DNA from: a bacterium
GTDB lineage: Bacteria; Patescibacteriota; UBA1384; VFKW01
DNA: 64,000 nucleotides
Direction: 5' to 3'
Assembly: GCA_030647355.1 (NCBI GenBank)
Contig: JAUSIS010000013.1
Span: 48,353-112,352, forward strand
Shown here: piece by piece, positions 45,486 through 54,511 of the stretch
How the letters are laid out: each line of letters opens with the position of its first letter
Position numbering within the stretch: the first letter of the stretch is position 1
Notes under the pieces: generated by a model
What the model was told of the DNA's origin: nothing
Seen by the model: only the letters and a program-made list of their open reading frames with translations
Databases searched by the model: none
Position numbers and translations under genes: made by a program

Positions 45486-45771
45486 CCATCTTCAAAATAG
45501 CTTCAACTTCCGCTTTCTTGACTGACTTTATCTTGTAATGCTTCTTTTTACCGCATTTCTTTTCACTCACATACCCCGCCTCGACTAAATATTTCATATG
45601 ATATGACAATAAATTCTTTGGCATCTTGAGCAGATTCACCAGATCGCAGCCGCAGTAAGTGTCCTCACATTTAAATAGAGCTGAGAGTAAAAGAATTTTG
45701 CTGTCATTAAAGATTCGCAACTTATCTAAAGTGGGTTTATTTAGTCTCATCTGTCCTCCTAAGTTCAACAT
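45472..45771 (-). CDS. ArsR/SmtB-family metalloregulator
   Basis: HTH region plus the CGC metal-site motif (EDTYCGCDLVNLLKMPKNLLSYHMKYLVEAGYV). Confidence 0.7.
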   Translation of the reverse strand: MLNLGGQMRLNKPTLDKLRIFNDSKILLLSALFKCEDTYCGCDLVNLLKMPKNLLSYHMKYLVEAGYVSEKKCGKKKHYKIKSVKKAEVEAILKMVDAI

Positions 45772-46055
45772 TACTTGTACAATATATTAATATAAACTCT
45801 ATGTCAATACCAAAGATAACTGCGCATCAATAGACTGAAAGTCCATCCATACACAGTCATCTTAATTGTGGACCAATATGCGATTCTACCCCCTGCTTTT
45901 CCTCGCTTCTATTTCTGCTGTGGCAACATAGATACCATAGCAGTATGGCCCTATTCTCTAACATTTATCGAAGCGCCGAAAGATGATTAATTAAGAAAAT
46001 AAAGTTGAAAGATACTAAAAAATTGTAAAAATATATAAAAATAATTTACATGCCT

Positions 46056-46439
46056 CTATTTTTTAACCAGATTTACCCGCTTCGGCAATATTCTTACCGA
46101 CAAGATAAATTTTCTCGACTGCCCTTGGGCATCTTCAATTTCATTGGTCTTTTTCTTTTGATAAACTTCCATAAGCTCAGTTGCTAAAATCTCTTTTAGA
46201 ATGGCGATCTCTTCATTGTTTGCCTTAATCTCATCCAAAAGACCGCGACAAGAATCACTGGCAAATACTATTTCCTTCGCCTGTTTCTTTCGCGCCATCG
46301 TTTCTTTTGTTTGAAGCGACACCTCGACATACTGCTGATCATTATCTAGTTCGGCTTTAAGAGCACTTTTAGCAATCTTAACCTCTTGCTCTAATTTTTC
46401 CAGCAAACTAATGCGATTTTGGATTGTGGTCTCTTCCAT
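46056..46439 (-). CDS. hypothetical coiled-coil protein
   Basis: 127 aa with heptad-rich charged sequence. No domain recognised. Confidence 0.35.
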   Translation of the reverse strand: MEETTIQNRISLLEKLEQEVKIAKSALKAELDNDQQYVEVSLQTKETMARKKQAKEIVFASDSCRGLLDEIKANNEEIAILKEILATELMEVYQKKKTNEIEDAQGQSRKFILSVRILPKRVNLVKK

Positions 46440-46511
46440 ATTCTCTCCTATTATTCTAACTTAAAAATGATAACACAAAAATAACTCCCGGCAAACTACC
46501 ACTAAATATAG

Positions 46512-47726
46512 TTATTCGTATCTTAGAGCATCCAAAGGTTTCGTCTTAATCGCTCGATAAGCAGGGTAAAATCCTGTAAAAAATCCAATTACTATTGCGC
46601 CTAGAATCACAAACAGAACGAAAAGAGGTGTATAGGCATAAATAACCACCACATCGGCATGAGCCCGAATGGCTAAATACCTAAGAAAAATATTCAAACC
46701 ATGGCCAATCACCATACTAAGTAGAACCCCGAAAATTCCTCCCATAAAACCGATAGTAAGCGACTCCACAATAAAAAGCTTAAATATCTCTTTCTTCTTC
46801 ATTCCCAAAGTCTTCAGAAGCCCTACCTCTCTAATTCTCTCCATCAAGGAAATCGTTAAAGTATTAAAGGCACCCAGAGCCGCAACCACCAAAGCAACAA
46901 GCCCGAATCCACCTAAAACTAAGCGGAAAAGAGCAAAGACTTGTTCGATTTGCTTCACCGTGTCACCAACATACTCTGTAGAAAACCCAATGTTCTCTAT
47001 TGATTTCCTGACAGTCTCTTCTGATTCCCGATAGTCAATTTTAAGCTTCAAGGAAGTTCGGTTAACCACACCATAGCTATCAGCTAAACTCAGTGGAATA
47101 TAAATCATAGGATTCAAGTTATCATTAATTAATCCCACAACTGTCAAACGTTCAATAGTTTTGACAGTCGGACCATCAATTGCATCATAAGCTCGTAAGT
47201 CGCGCGGGATAATCAAGTCCAGCACCAATGGTTTCTGTGACAACGATTCCAGCTTCGGAGTTAAACCGAGAAATTTTACCAGTGCTTTATTTACTACCAC
47301 TTGATTCTTTGAAGTCTTCTCAAAGCTGTGACCTTCATTTATTAGCAAGTCAGCAACCCGGAAATAGTTCGGTTCGACTGCTTCAACAATTGTCTCTGTT
47401 GTTGATTTTTGGTTACTCATACGTATTCTACCAGCTAAATCAACAATTTGATCAACGGAAACCACATGGTTAACTTCTCGTATTCTTGCAATCGCTTCTG
47501 CATTTATCTTCCCAGTTTTCAAATTAGCCGACGGGATATCCATTGTAGTGTAAGCATCAAAATTTGCCACTTGGTTGGTAACCAGCTGCTGCAAACCAAA
47601 AGCGATTGAAACTAGAAAAACTATCGAAGCAATTCCAATCGTGACAGCGCCGATGGTTAAAAATGCTCTCATCCGATGCGACCACAAATTCTTCCAGGCA
47701 AATATAATAATGCTGTAGTTTCTCAT
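46512..47726 (-). CDS. ABC transporter permease, FtsX/MacB type
   Basis: N-terminal TM helix, an extracytoplasmic domain of about 230 aa, then a C-terminal 3-TM FtsX domain. Confidence 0.75.
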   Translation of the reverse strand: MRNYSIIIFAWKNLWSHRMRAFLTIGAVTIGIASIVFLVSIAFGLQQLVTNQVANFDAYTTMDIPSANLKTGKINAEAIARIREVNHVVSVDQIVDLAGRIRMSNQKSTTETIVEAVEPNYFRVADLLINEGHSFEKTSKNQVVVNKALVKFLGLTPKLESLSQKPLVLDLIIPRDLRAYDAIDGPTVKTIERLTVVGLINDNLNPMIYIPLSLADSYGVVNRTSLKLKIDYRESEETVRKSIENIGFSTEYVGDTVKQIEQVFALFRLVLGGFGLVALVVAALGAFNTLTISLMERIREVGLLKTLGMKKKEIFKLFIVESLTIGFMGGIFGVLLSMVIGHGLNIFLRYLAIRAHADVVVIYAYTPLFVLFVILGAIVIGFFTGFYPAYRAIKTKPLDALRYE

Positions 47727-48457
47727 GATTTCGTTCCTTCCAGGATAGAAGTTAAACGTTGGGTCTGGCTGTCTTGATTGATCAAACCGTCCTTCATGTC
47801 AATAGTTTGGCTGGCATACGGCAGGTAAATCAGGTTATGAGTTACCATGATAATCGTCCGCTTTTCCTGAATATTCAAACTCTGAAGCAAACCCATTACC
47901 TCATCGGCAGAGTGAGTATCAAGATTACCGGTAGGCTCATCCAAAACTAATATCTTCGGATCATGTATCAGCGCTCTTGCTAGACTTACGCGCTGCTGCT
48001 CGCCTCCCGATATTTCAGTTGGCCTGCGTTTAGCATATTTATCCATCCCAACTTGCTTCAGAAACTGCATAGCTCTTCCACTAGCCTCTTTATTAGATGA
48101 TCCTTGTATCATAAGCGGCAATGCCACATTCTCAACAACCGACAGTGACTTTACCCAAATCGGTTGCTGGTGAACGACTCCAAAAAATTCTGATCGTACC
48201 TTAGATCGCTCGTCCTCATTCATTTGATCAAGTCTTGAACCAAAAACCGAAATTTTGCCTTTACTAATCGTATCCAAACCGATTAAGCAATTCAAAAACG
48301 TTGACTTACCTGAACCCGAAGGTCCATATATGATAATAAAACTTCCCGGTACGATATCTACACTTATACCATGAAGTACTTCATAATCGGCCTCGCCTAT
48401 ATGGAAAGATTTTACAACTGACTCCGCCTTAATTATTGGTTTTTCTCCCTCCGCCAT
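47723..48457 (-). CDS. ABC transporter ATP-binding protein (MacB/LolD type)
   Basis: Walker A GPSGSGKST, Q-loop, signature LSGGEQQRVSLAR, Walker B ILVLDEPT. Confidence 0.85.
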   Translation of the reverse strand: MAEGEKPIIKAESVVKSFHIGEADYEVLHGISVDIVPGSFIIIYGPSGSGKSTFLNCLIGLDTISKGKISVFGSRLDQMNEDERSKVRSEFFGVVHQQPIWVKSLSVVENVALPLMIQGSSNKEASGRAMQFLKQVGMDKYAKRRPTEISGGEQQRVSLARALIHDPKILVLDEPTGNLDTHSADEVMGLLQSLNIQEKRTIIMVTHNLIYLPYASQTIDMKDGLINQDSQTQRLTSILEGTKS

Positions 48458-48459
48458 TA

Positions 48460-51400
48460 CTATTTACTCCCAAAGAAAGGAACTCTCATTAGAAAACTCA
48501 ATGATCTCTCAAGTGAGTTCATGATCAAATCTAAAATTGAATTTTGCATCTTGCCAGTAATTGCTGTGGTATCCGCTGACATTGCCTGGTTGCCCGCCCT
48601 ATCTGCCGACAGCGCCCGTAGATGATAGAGTTGCGATGGCTTGAGATCAGAAACAATCACTACATGGTTCTTCGTCAATGTCCCGTCTTCCTGACTCCAA
48701 CCCCCATAACTATCAGAGGATATGCCAACTCCAAACTTGACTTGACTAGTAGCAACTTCATCGGTCTCCCAACTAACCACCATTTGTGCCTTCTGTCCCT
48801 GACCAGTGCCGCTCGCCCTGATCTCAACTGTCAAACTACTGATCTTCGGTGCCCTTGTATCCTCCGGTGTATCAAAGGTGTCCACAGCCGATATCACCGA
48901 ATTACCATACCGGTCCACACCCTCCACCTGGAATGTATAGGTGGTTTGATCAACCAGCTCCGATATAATCACCTCGTGATCAGTTTTATACTCGGCATCT
49001 GCCTTCGAAAGCGATCCGACTTTAGCAGCGCTATAACGCACAATCGATGTCGTTGGAACATTCGTGCTCCAAGTCATCTTCATTGACGAACTCACCGCAT
49101 CCCTAACCGATTCCTTAGTTACATGATTATCTAATATTCGTGGCCTGGTCAAAGTATCGAACTTATAATCATCGCTTAACAAAACATTGCCGTCGGCGTC
49201 TGTACCGCTGATTTGAATATGATAAGTTGAGGAATCGGTTAGATCAGTCAAATTAATTGAATGCCTTGTAGTTTGCGATCCCGACCGATCAGACACTATA
49301 CCTCCATAAGCAGTCGTCTTTCCAAAATAAATGGAAGATGTCGAAATCGTCGTTGACTGCCAACTTACCGTGGCCGAGCTCAAAGTAATATTAGAAATCT
49401 TCACATCGGATATTTTCGGTCTGGCGCTAGTAATGAAGGACATTGTCCCGCTTCTTCCCTGATTACCGTCTGAATCCACCCAAACCGCCTGATAATAGTA
49501 AGTCGTCTCCGGAAACAATCCTCTAAGCGTCACGCTATGCTTCTCCACGCTGTTGAGAAGCCCAACTGTATCTCCGCCCAACTCTTCACCCAATCTACTT
49601 GCGCTTGTGCCGTATTCAATAAAACTCGAGGAGCTCCTATCGGTTTCCCAAGCAATTGTCGCTGAAAAAGACTTGACATCAACACTCGGCCCATCGGTCA
49701 AATTTGGCGGCTGAGTATATCTGCCGGTTGGTGTTATCGTGAGAGGAGGGCTGGTGGGAGCTGACAACTGTCCCGCGTTATCTTTTGATTTGACATAATA
49801 GTAATAGAGGCGCGATTCCAATCCGGTATCGGCATAGCTGATACCGGCATCTGATCCATTGTTGCTTCCGATTGCAGTAAAACTCGTACCGTTTATTGAG
49901 CGGTAAATAGTGTAACCGTCGAAACCGGCACCTTTATCGGTGGGAGCGGTCCATTTTAAGCTAATTGCATACTCTTGCGTGTCGCGGTTGGAAATGTCAA
50001 AAATCTGCAAAGCCGTAGGAGCGCCGGGCGCGGATGTATTGGCAGTAAATGTAACTTTCGCGCAACCGTCAACATCCGGATTTCCTGAAATACTCTGGCA
50101 GGAGGTAAAGTCAGGCGCGCCTGCCATGTCATCGGCGATAACATAGAATATATTTTCACCCTGCTGGGTGGCAAAGGCATCCGGACCGACCGTTTCCACA
50201 TTGCCCGCTACCCAGTTGGAACTGATTATGGGGTAGGTGTTAACCGAGTAATAATAGCGTTCAATTGAGTCGCTGTAAGTGGTTGGCGGATCCCAAGTAA
50301 AGGTAAATAAGTTTGTGGCTGATGAATCAGGACTTGCATCCAAGGTGTTCGGTGCGGATGGCGCGTTGGCGTTGAAGAAAAAGTTCACCTGCACCGGCGA
50401 TTCATCGTAATTGCCCAGATCGGGCGTATTACCGTTATTGGCATCATCAACCGCCCGAAGATAAAAGATGTTAATTCCCGTTGTGGCCGCATTAGTCAGT
50501 TCGATACTTCCGCTGGATATAATTGATGACCATGCGCCCGAGTTGACTTTGTATTGATAACCGCGCAAACCTGCTCCGCCCGTATCGGTTGCCGCATTCA
50601 CTCCCGTTGTCGGCCACAAGAAGGTAAAGTTATTCGTTCGCGAATAGTTGGGGGGCGTTGCGGTGACATACACCGGGGATGTCGGGTCAACGTTGTCAAA
50701 ATGGTATGTGAAAATGGTTGTTCCCGCGGCGGTTTCTCCGGCATAATCCTGAGTGGATATGCGCAGATAATATGTGCCCGCGGTAGTCAGCGATCCGGTA
50801 TAATTGGTATTTGCCGCTCCGGCCTGATATGTGCCCGCGATAGTCGGGTCGGCCGTATTCGATGTGCCGAAATACAGCCAGTAACCGGCAATGCCCGATG
50901 TATCCGGCCCGCCATTATCAATTGGTTGCGTCCATTCAAAATAAGGAGTGGCATAGTTATAATGATCTGTCGCCAGCTGGCTTAGTGAATTCACCTTTCC
51001 GCTTGTATCCCACCCGCTGGCGGAATCAACTGCTGGATTATTCGGATCGGCGGTATCAACAATGTAGGTTAAAGTCACTGAAGTTAATGTTGATTGCCCT
51101 GTGCCGGTAGAATGCAAAAACGCCTTCCATTTGAAAGTCCGCTGATTTGTTCCGGCTGTAAAGTTAAAAAGGGCAAACTGGGTATTTAATTCCGCCGCCG
51201 TGTTGCTGTTGCCGTATGTTTCACCGGTTGTCGCCCAAGCGCTGCCGTTATGCCAATACCACGTTGTGCCGCCGTCCGGGGAAACTTGAAATTCTACCGT
51301 GCCGGTTGTCACTGCAGAAAAACCTTGCGCCACGCTATAACTGACAGTCGCATTCGGGTAAATAGTTGGGTTATCGGTCGCATAGGCCCCGGCTACTGCT

Positions 51401-52611
51401 CCCATAGTTATTGTCAAATTAGTTGCGTTTTGGACATAAGAGAATAATGCATCAACTATTCCATAACCTTGTATCATAAATCCTAAGCCATACACACTAT
51501 AGATTGGAAAGTTTGACCCATTTGTTTCGTCATAATCAACCGTACCCAGTAAATCGCCGTCGCGGTAAAATTTTAGTGCCCCCAACTCAGCCCCACCAAC
51601 AATTTTATAAATATGGAAATAATCGTCCGTGTCTGGATCACCGGAAAGGGCATATGGCCCATAATCAACCCACGCTTCCCCGGAACCTGTATCCGCTGTT
51701 ATAGTTCCACCCGGACCATTATTTAAGTTAATATCAATACAGCCATTCCCAAAAGTGCACGTTGTTGTTGGTGGATTTATCGGCCAAGCTGTCTCATCAT
51801 AATCCAATACTCCTAACTTAAAGGTTTGTCCACTGGTAGCGGTCGGTCTCGCCTTAAATACCCAAGCCCGCTCTGTAGTATAATAATATCCTAATGGACC
51901 ATATAAATGATCACCGCCGGCATCAAGCGTCGCCAGATCGCCCTCGGTTCCACTAAATACCACCCCGGTTTTATAACCGACCGGGTAAGGATCCCAAGTG
52001 CTGCCTAAACCTTCCCAGCCGTTGCCATTAAAAGTCGTGGAAATATTGCTCGTAGTTGACACCCCTGTCTTGCCGTAATACATATAAATTGTTGTTGTTG
52101 TATAACCTGCTATAACGACCGGCACTTCCACATAAATTGTTGCTTCCGTTGATGGGCGATAGTCGGCAATATAGTAAGAAATTTCTTCCCCGCCATTGCT
52201 TTTAGTAAATCTGATATCCGAACCGTCAGCTTGTGCATAAGTAAAAACACTGCTAAAACCGGTTGTGTCCTCGTTAATCTCAATAACTTGGTTAGCGGCA
52301 ATATCTACCCCGGCATTGTTAATGGTGATTGGCTGCCGATAAGTCCAGCCGGACAGCCAGGCTAGTCCTCCTCCCGCCTTCAACTGCGCCGTGCCGGTTA
52401 CGATCTCGATTTTATCTGAATCATAATTATAAATGCCGGAACCCAGAGTCCAGCTATTGGTTGAAGCCCTTGCTCTCTGAAAAGGCACTACCAAATTAGC
52501 AGCAACAAAACTAAGCATCGTCACAATCGTAATAAACAAAACCCCTGCGTGCACATTTTTGTGGTGTTTATTGTGATGCCATCTGTGATAATACGAAGAC
52601 TTAGAACACAA
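48460..52611 (-). CDS. giant (1383 aa) membrane-anchored surface protein with FN3-like/beta-rich repeats
   Basis: N-terminal TM anchor (VHAGVLFITIVTMLSFVAANLVV). The rest is T/S/G/Y/W-rich beta-type repeats with fibronectin-III-like periodicity. Only a 2-nt gap separates it from the downstream ABC ATPase gene. Confidence 0.6.
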   Translation of the reverse strand: MCSKSSYYHRWHHNKHHKNVHAGVLFITIVTMLSFVAANLVVPFQRARASTNSWTLGSGIYNYDSDKIEIVTGTAQLKAGGGLAWLSGWTYRQPITINNAGVDIAANQVIEINEDTTGFSSVFTYAQADGSDIRFTKSNGGEEISYYIADYRPSTEATIYVEVPVVIAGYTTTTIYMYYGKTGVSTTSNISTTFNGNGWEGLGSTWDPYPVGYKTGVVFSGTEGDLATLDAGGDHLYGPLGYYYTTERAWVFKARPTATSGQTFKLGVLDYDETAWPINPPTTTCTFGNGCIDINLNNGPGGTITADTGSGEAWVDYGPYALSGDPDTDDYFHIYKIVGGAELGALKFYRDGDLLGTVDYDETNGSNFPIYSVYGLGFMIQGYGIVDALFSYVQNATNLTITMGAVAGAYATDNPTIYPNATVSYSVAQGFSAVTTGTVEFQVSPDGGTTWYWHNGSAWATTGETYGNSNTAAELNTQFALFNFTAGTNQRTFKWKAFLHSTGTGQSTLTSVTLTYIVDTADPNNPAVDSASGWDTSGKVNSLSQLATDHYNYATPYFEWTQPIDNGGPDTSGIAGYWLYFGTSNTADPTIAGTYQAGAANTNYTGSLTTAGTYYLRISTQDYAGETAAGTTIFTYHFDNVDPTSPVYVTATPPNYSRTNNFTFLWPTTGVNAATDTGGAGLRGYQYKVNSGAWSSIISSGSIELTNAATTGINIFYLRAVDDANNGNTPDLGNYDESPVQVNFFFNANAPSAPNTLDASPDSSATNLFTFTWDPPTTYSDSIERYYYSVNTYPIISSNWVAGNVETVGPDAFATQQGENIFYVIADDMAGAPDFTSCQSISGNPDVDGCAKVTFTANTSAPGAPTALQIFDISNRDTQEYAISLKWTAPTDKGAGFDGYTIYRSINGTSFTAIGSNNGSDAGISYADTGLESRLYYYYVKSKDNAGQLSAPTSPPLTITPTGRYTQPPNLTDGPSVDVKSFSATIAWETDRSSSSFIEYGTSASRLGEELGGDTVGLLNSVEKHSVTLRGLFPETTYYYQAVWVDSDGNQGRSGTMSFITSARPKISDVKISNITLSSATVSWQSTTISTSSIYFGKTTAYGGIVSDRSGSQTTRHSINLTDLTDSSTYHIQISGTDADGNVLLSDDYKFDTLTRPRILDNHVTKESVRDAVSSSMKMTWSTNVPTTSIVRYSAAKVGSLSKADAEYKTDHEVIISELVDQTTYTFQVEGVDRYGNSVISAVDTFDTPEDTRAPKISSLTVEIRASGTGQGQKAQMVVSWETDEVATSQVKFGVGISSDSYGGWSQEDGTLTKNHVVIVSDLKPSQLYHLRALSADRAGNQAMSADTTAITGKMQNSILDLIMNSLERSLSFLMRVPFFGSK

Positions 52612-52817
52612 AAAACTATGTGCCTTATGGAGATGCTTTATCTTAGGTGTTGAGCAATCCTGGTGCTCGCAGTATGCCAGCTTTCCCTCCTTTGCTATTC
52701 TATCTTACAGAAGTTAATTCTGCCCGTCAACTGTTGAAAACCTGAAGGCAAACCGACGAAAACGGCCTTTCCTCCAATCAAGAATCAACAAGATAGCTGA
52801 AAAACTGCAAAAAGCTT

Positions 52818-53040
52818 CTAAATTTATTCTTCGAGTGTCGAACCGTGCGGAACAAAACTTATTCTTCGAGCGATCGGACTGTGCGGAAACTAAATTTATT
52901 CACCGAGCAGTCGAACACTACGGAAACTAAATTTATTCTTCGAGCGATCCGCCAACTGGCGGAAACTAAATTTATTCACCGAGCAGTCGAACACTACGGA
53001 AACTAAATTTATTCTTCGAGCGATCCGCCAACTGGCGGAG
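52818..53040. repeat. degenerate 37-38 bp tandem repeat array (about 6 units) upstream of the giant surface protein gene
   Basis: Units share the core aaactaaatttattc(tt/ac)cgag plus a 22-nt variable part. Two alternating unit types give a 76-bp super-period. Two units carry tccgccaactggcgga (52948-52963 and 53024-53039). Confidence 0.7.
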
Positions 53041-53147
53041 AGTCGAGAAGTTACAATCATCAGTTCTCAACCCTTCGACCATACTCGGGGTAAACAAGCT
53101 CGAACAATAAGAATATTCCGGATTCTTCGGGGCATCGATAGGAAGTC

Positions 53148-53699
53148 CTATTTTATTGCATTAAGAAACTCATTCCGAGTCGAAGCAGATGTCAGGAAAA
53201 ATCCTCGAAGTGAAGTAGTAACTAGAGTTGAGTGTTGTTTACTCACCCCCCTCATCCGCATACAAAAATGTTCCGCCTCTATCTGCACCGCCACACCTAG
53301 CGGCTTGAGAATATCTTCTAAAGAATCGGCAATCTCATCCGTCAATCTCTCTTGTATCTGTGCCCTTCTGGCATAGATCTCCATGAGTCTGGCAAGTTTT
53401 GAAATCCCGATCACTTTCTTATCCGGTAAATATGCAATATGACACTTTCCAACAAAAGGTAAAAGATGATGTTCGCACATCGAATACAGCTCAACATCCT
53501 TCAGTAAAACCATGCCCGTATAACCCGCGTGATCAAAAACTGTCAAAACCTTCTTCGGGTCTTTACCATACCCGCTGTACAGCTCCTTCCAACTATTAAT
53601 TATTCGCTTCGGCGTATACCGTAACCCCTCTCTGTCTGGATCTTCACCAATGTGCTTAAGTATCTCCTTAATCATTTTTTCGTATTTATTCTCATCCAT
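53148..53699 (-). CDS. folE: GTP cyclohydrolase I
   Basis: Conserved CEHHLLPF zinc site and [13 protein letters not shown]. Confidence 0.9.
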   Translation of the reverse strand: MDENKYEKMIKEILKHIGEDPDREGLRYTPKRIINSWKELYSGYGKDPKKVLTVFDHAGYTGMVLLKDVELYSMCEHHLLPFVGKCHIAYLPDKKVIGISKLARLMEIYARRAQIQERLTDEIADSLEDILKPLGVAVQIEAEHFCMRMRGVSKQHSTLVTTSLRGFFLTSASTRNEFLNAIK

Positions 53700-53846
53700 A
53701 TTTTCCTTTCCTGCCGACTATACCATAATTGAAAATAGAATTTAACATAAAACACAATACTAACCGCAAATTGAAAGAGAAACCATACACTTGGCCTACT
53801 TGTAATACAAACTATAACAAGATAAAATAATATAAAAGGAGATCTT

Positions 53847-54236
53847 GTGACTGAAAATCCGGCCTCAGCCCCAAAAACAAAACCGGAAGAACCCAAGAAG
53901 ACACTAGCCCCCAAACCAACTACTGGCTCCAGCGATGTCGAGGAAAACAAAGCCCTAGCGGCGATCAGTTATATCGGCATCCTGTTTATCATCCCCATGG
54001 CAATTAAAAAAGACTCTGCCTTTGCCATGTACCACGCCAAGCAGGGAATGATCCTGTTCATATTTGAAGTCATTATCTATGCCCTAAATTGGATGCCATT
54101 CTTCGGAGATTTCCTCTATTGGATCGGTGGCCTTCTCGCCTTCGTCCTATTTATCATCGGCTTAATTAATGCCCTCAATGGCCAAACCAAACCACTGCCT
54201 GTCATCGGCTCTTTTGCCGGCAAAATTAACGTCTAG
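53847..54236 (+). CDS. small membrane protein (DUF4870-like)
   Basis: Pro-rich N-terminus, then two TM helices with an AAISYIGILFIIP...HAKQG pattern. Confidence 0.4.
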   Translation: MTENPASAPKTKPEEPKKTLAPKPTTGSSDVEENKALAAISYIGILFIIPMAIKKDSAFAMYHAKQGMILFIFEVIIYALNWMPFFGDFLYWIGGLLAFVLFIIGLINALNGQTKPLPVIGSFAGKINV

Positions 54237-54511
54237 TAACTCAAAACAAATTACCAAGTAGCCGTAACTAGATGATTTCAAATTTGTGGTTTTGACAGTG
54301 AGAGCGAAAAAGCGCCAACCTTATCGCCAGTTACAAGTAAAAAGCGACATTAAATGTAATCCGTCAGCCAGAAAAGAAAAACTACTACTTTTTTTTATTT
54401 ACTTTTGTTTCATACTTTTGTTTTATTTCAACTAATGTATACTAATAATATATAATGTACAACGTATACTGATAATATAATTTATTTTCGCCAATGAAAG
54501 AGGGGAATTAT

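Noticed and set aside
52818-53040. Tandem array considered as a CRISPR locus
   Set aside because: The period is only 37-38 bp, with no separate unique spacers. The variable halves are degenerate versions of each other and alternate between two types. No cas genes are nearby. The Cas2-like fold at 32326-32913 is in a PaaX-type regulator context.
53672-53950. 92-aa minus-strand ORF
   Set aside because: It overlaps the folE start and the better-supported plus-strand DUF4870-like gene. No RBS or homology.
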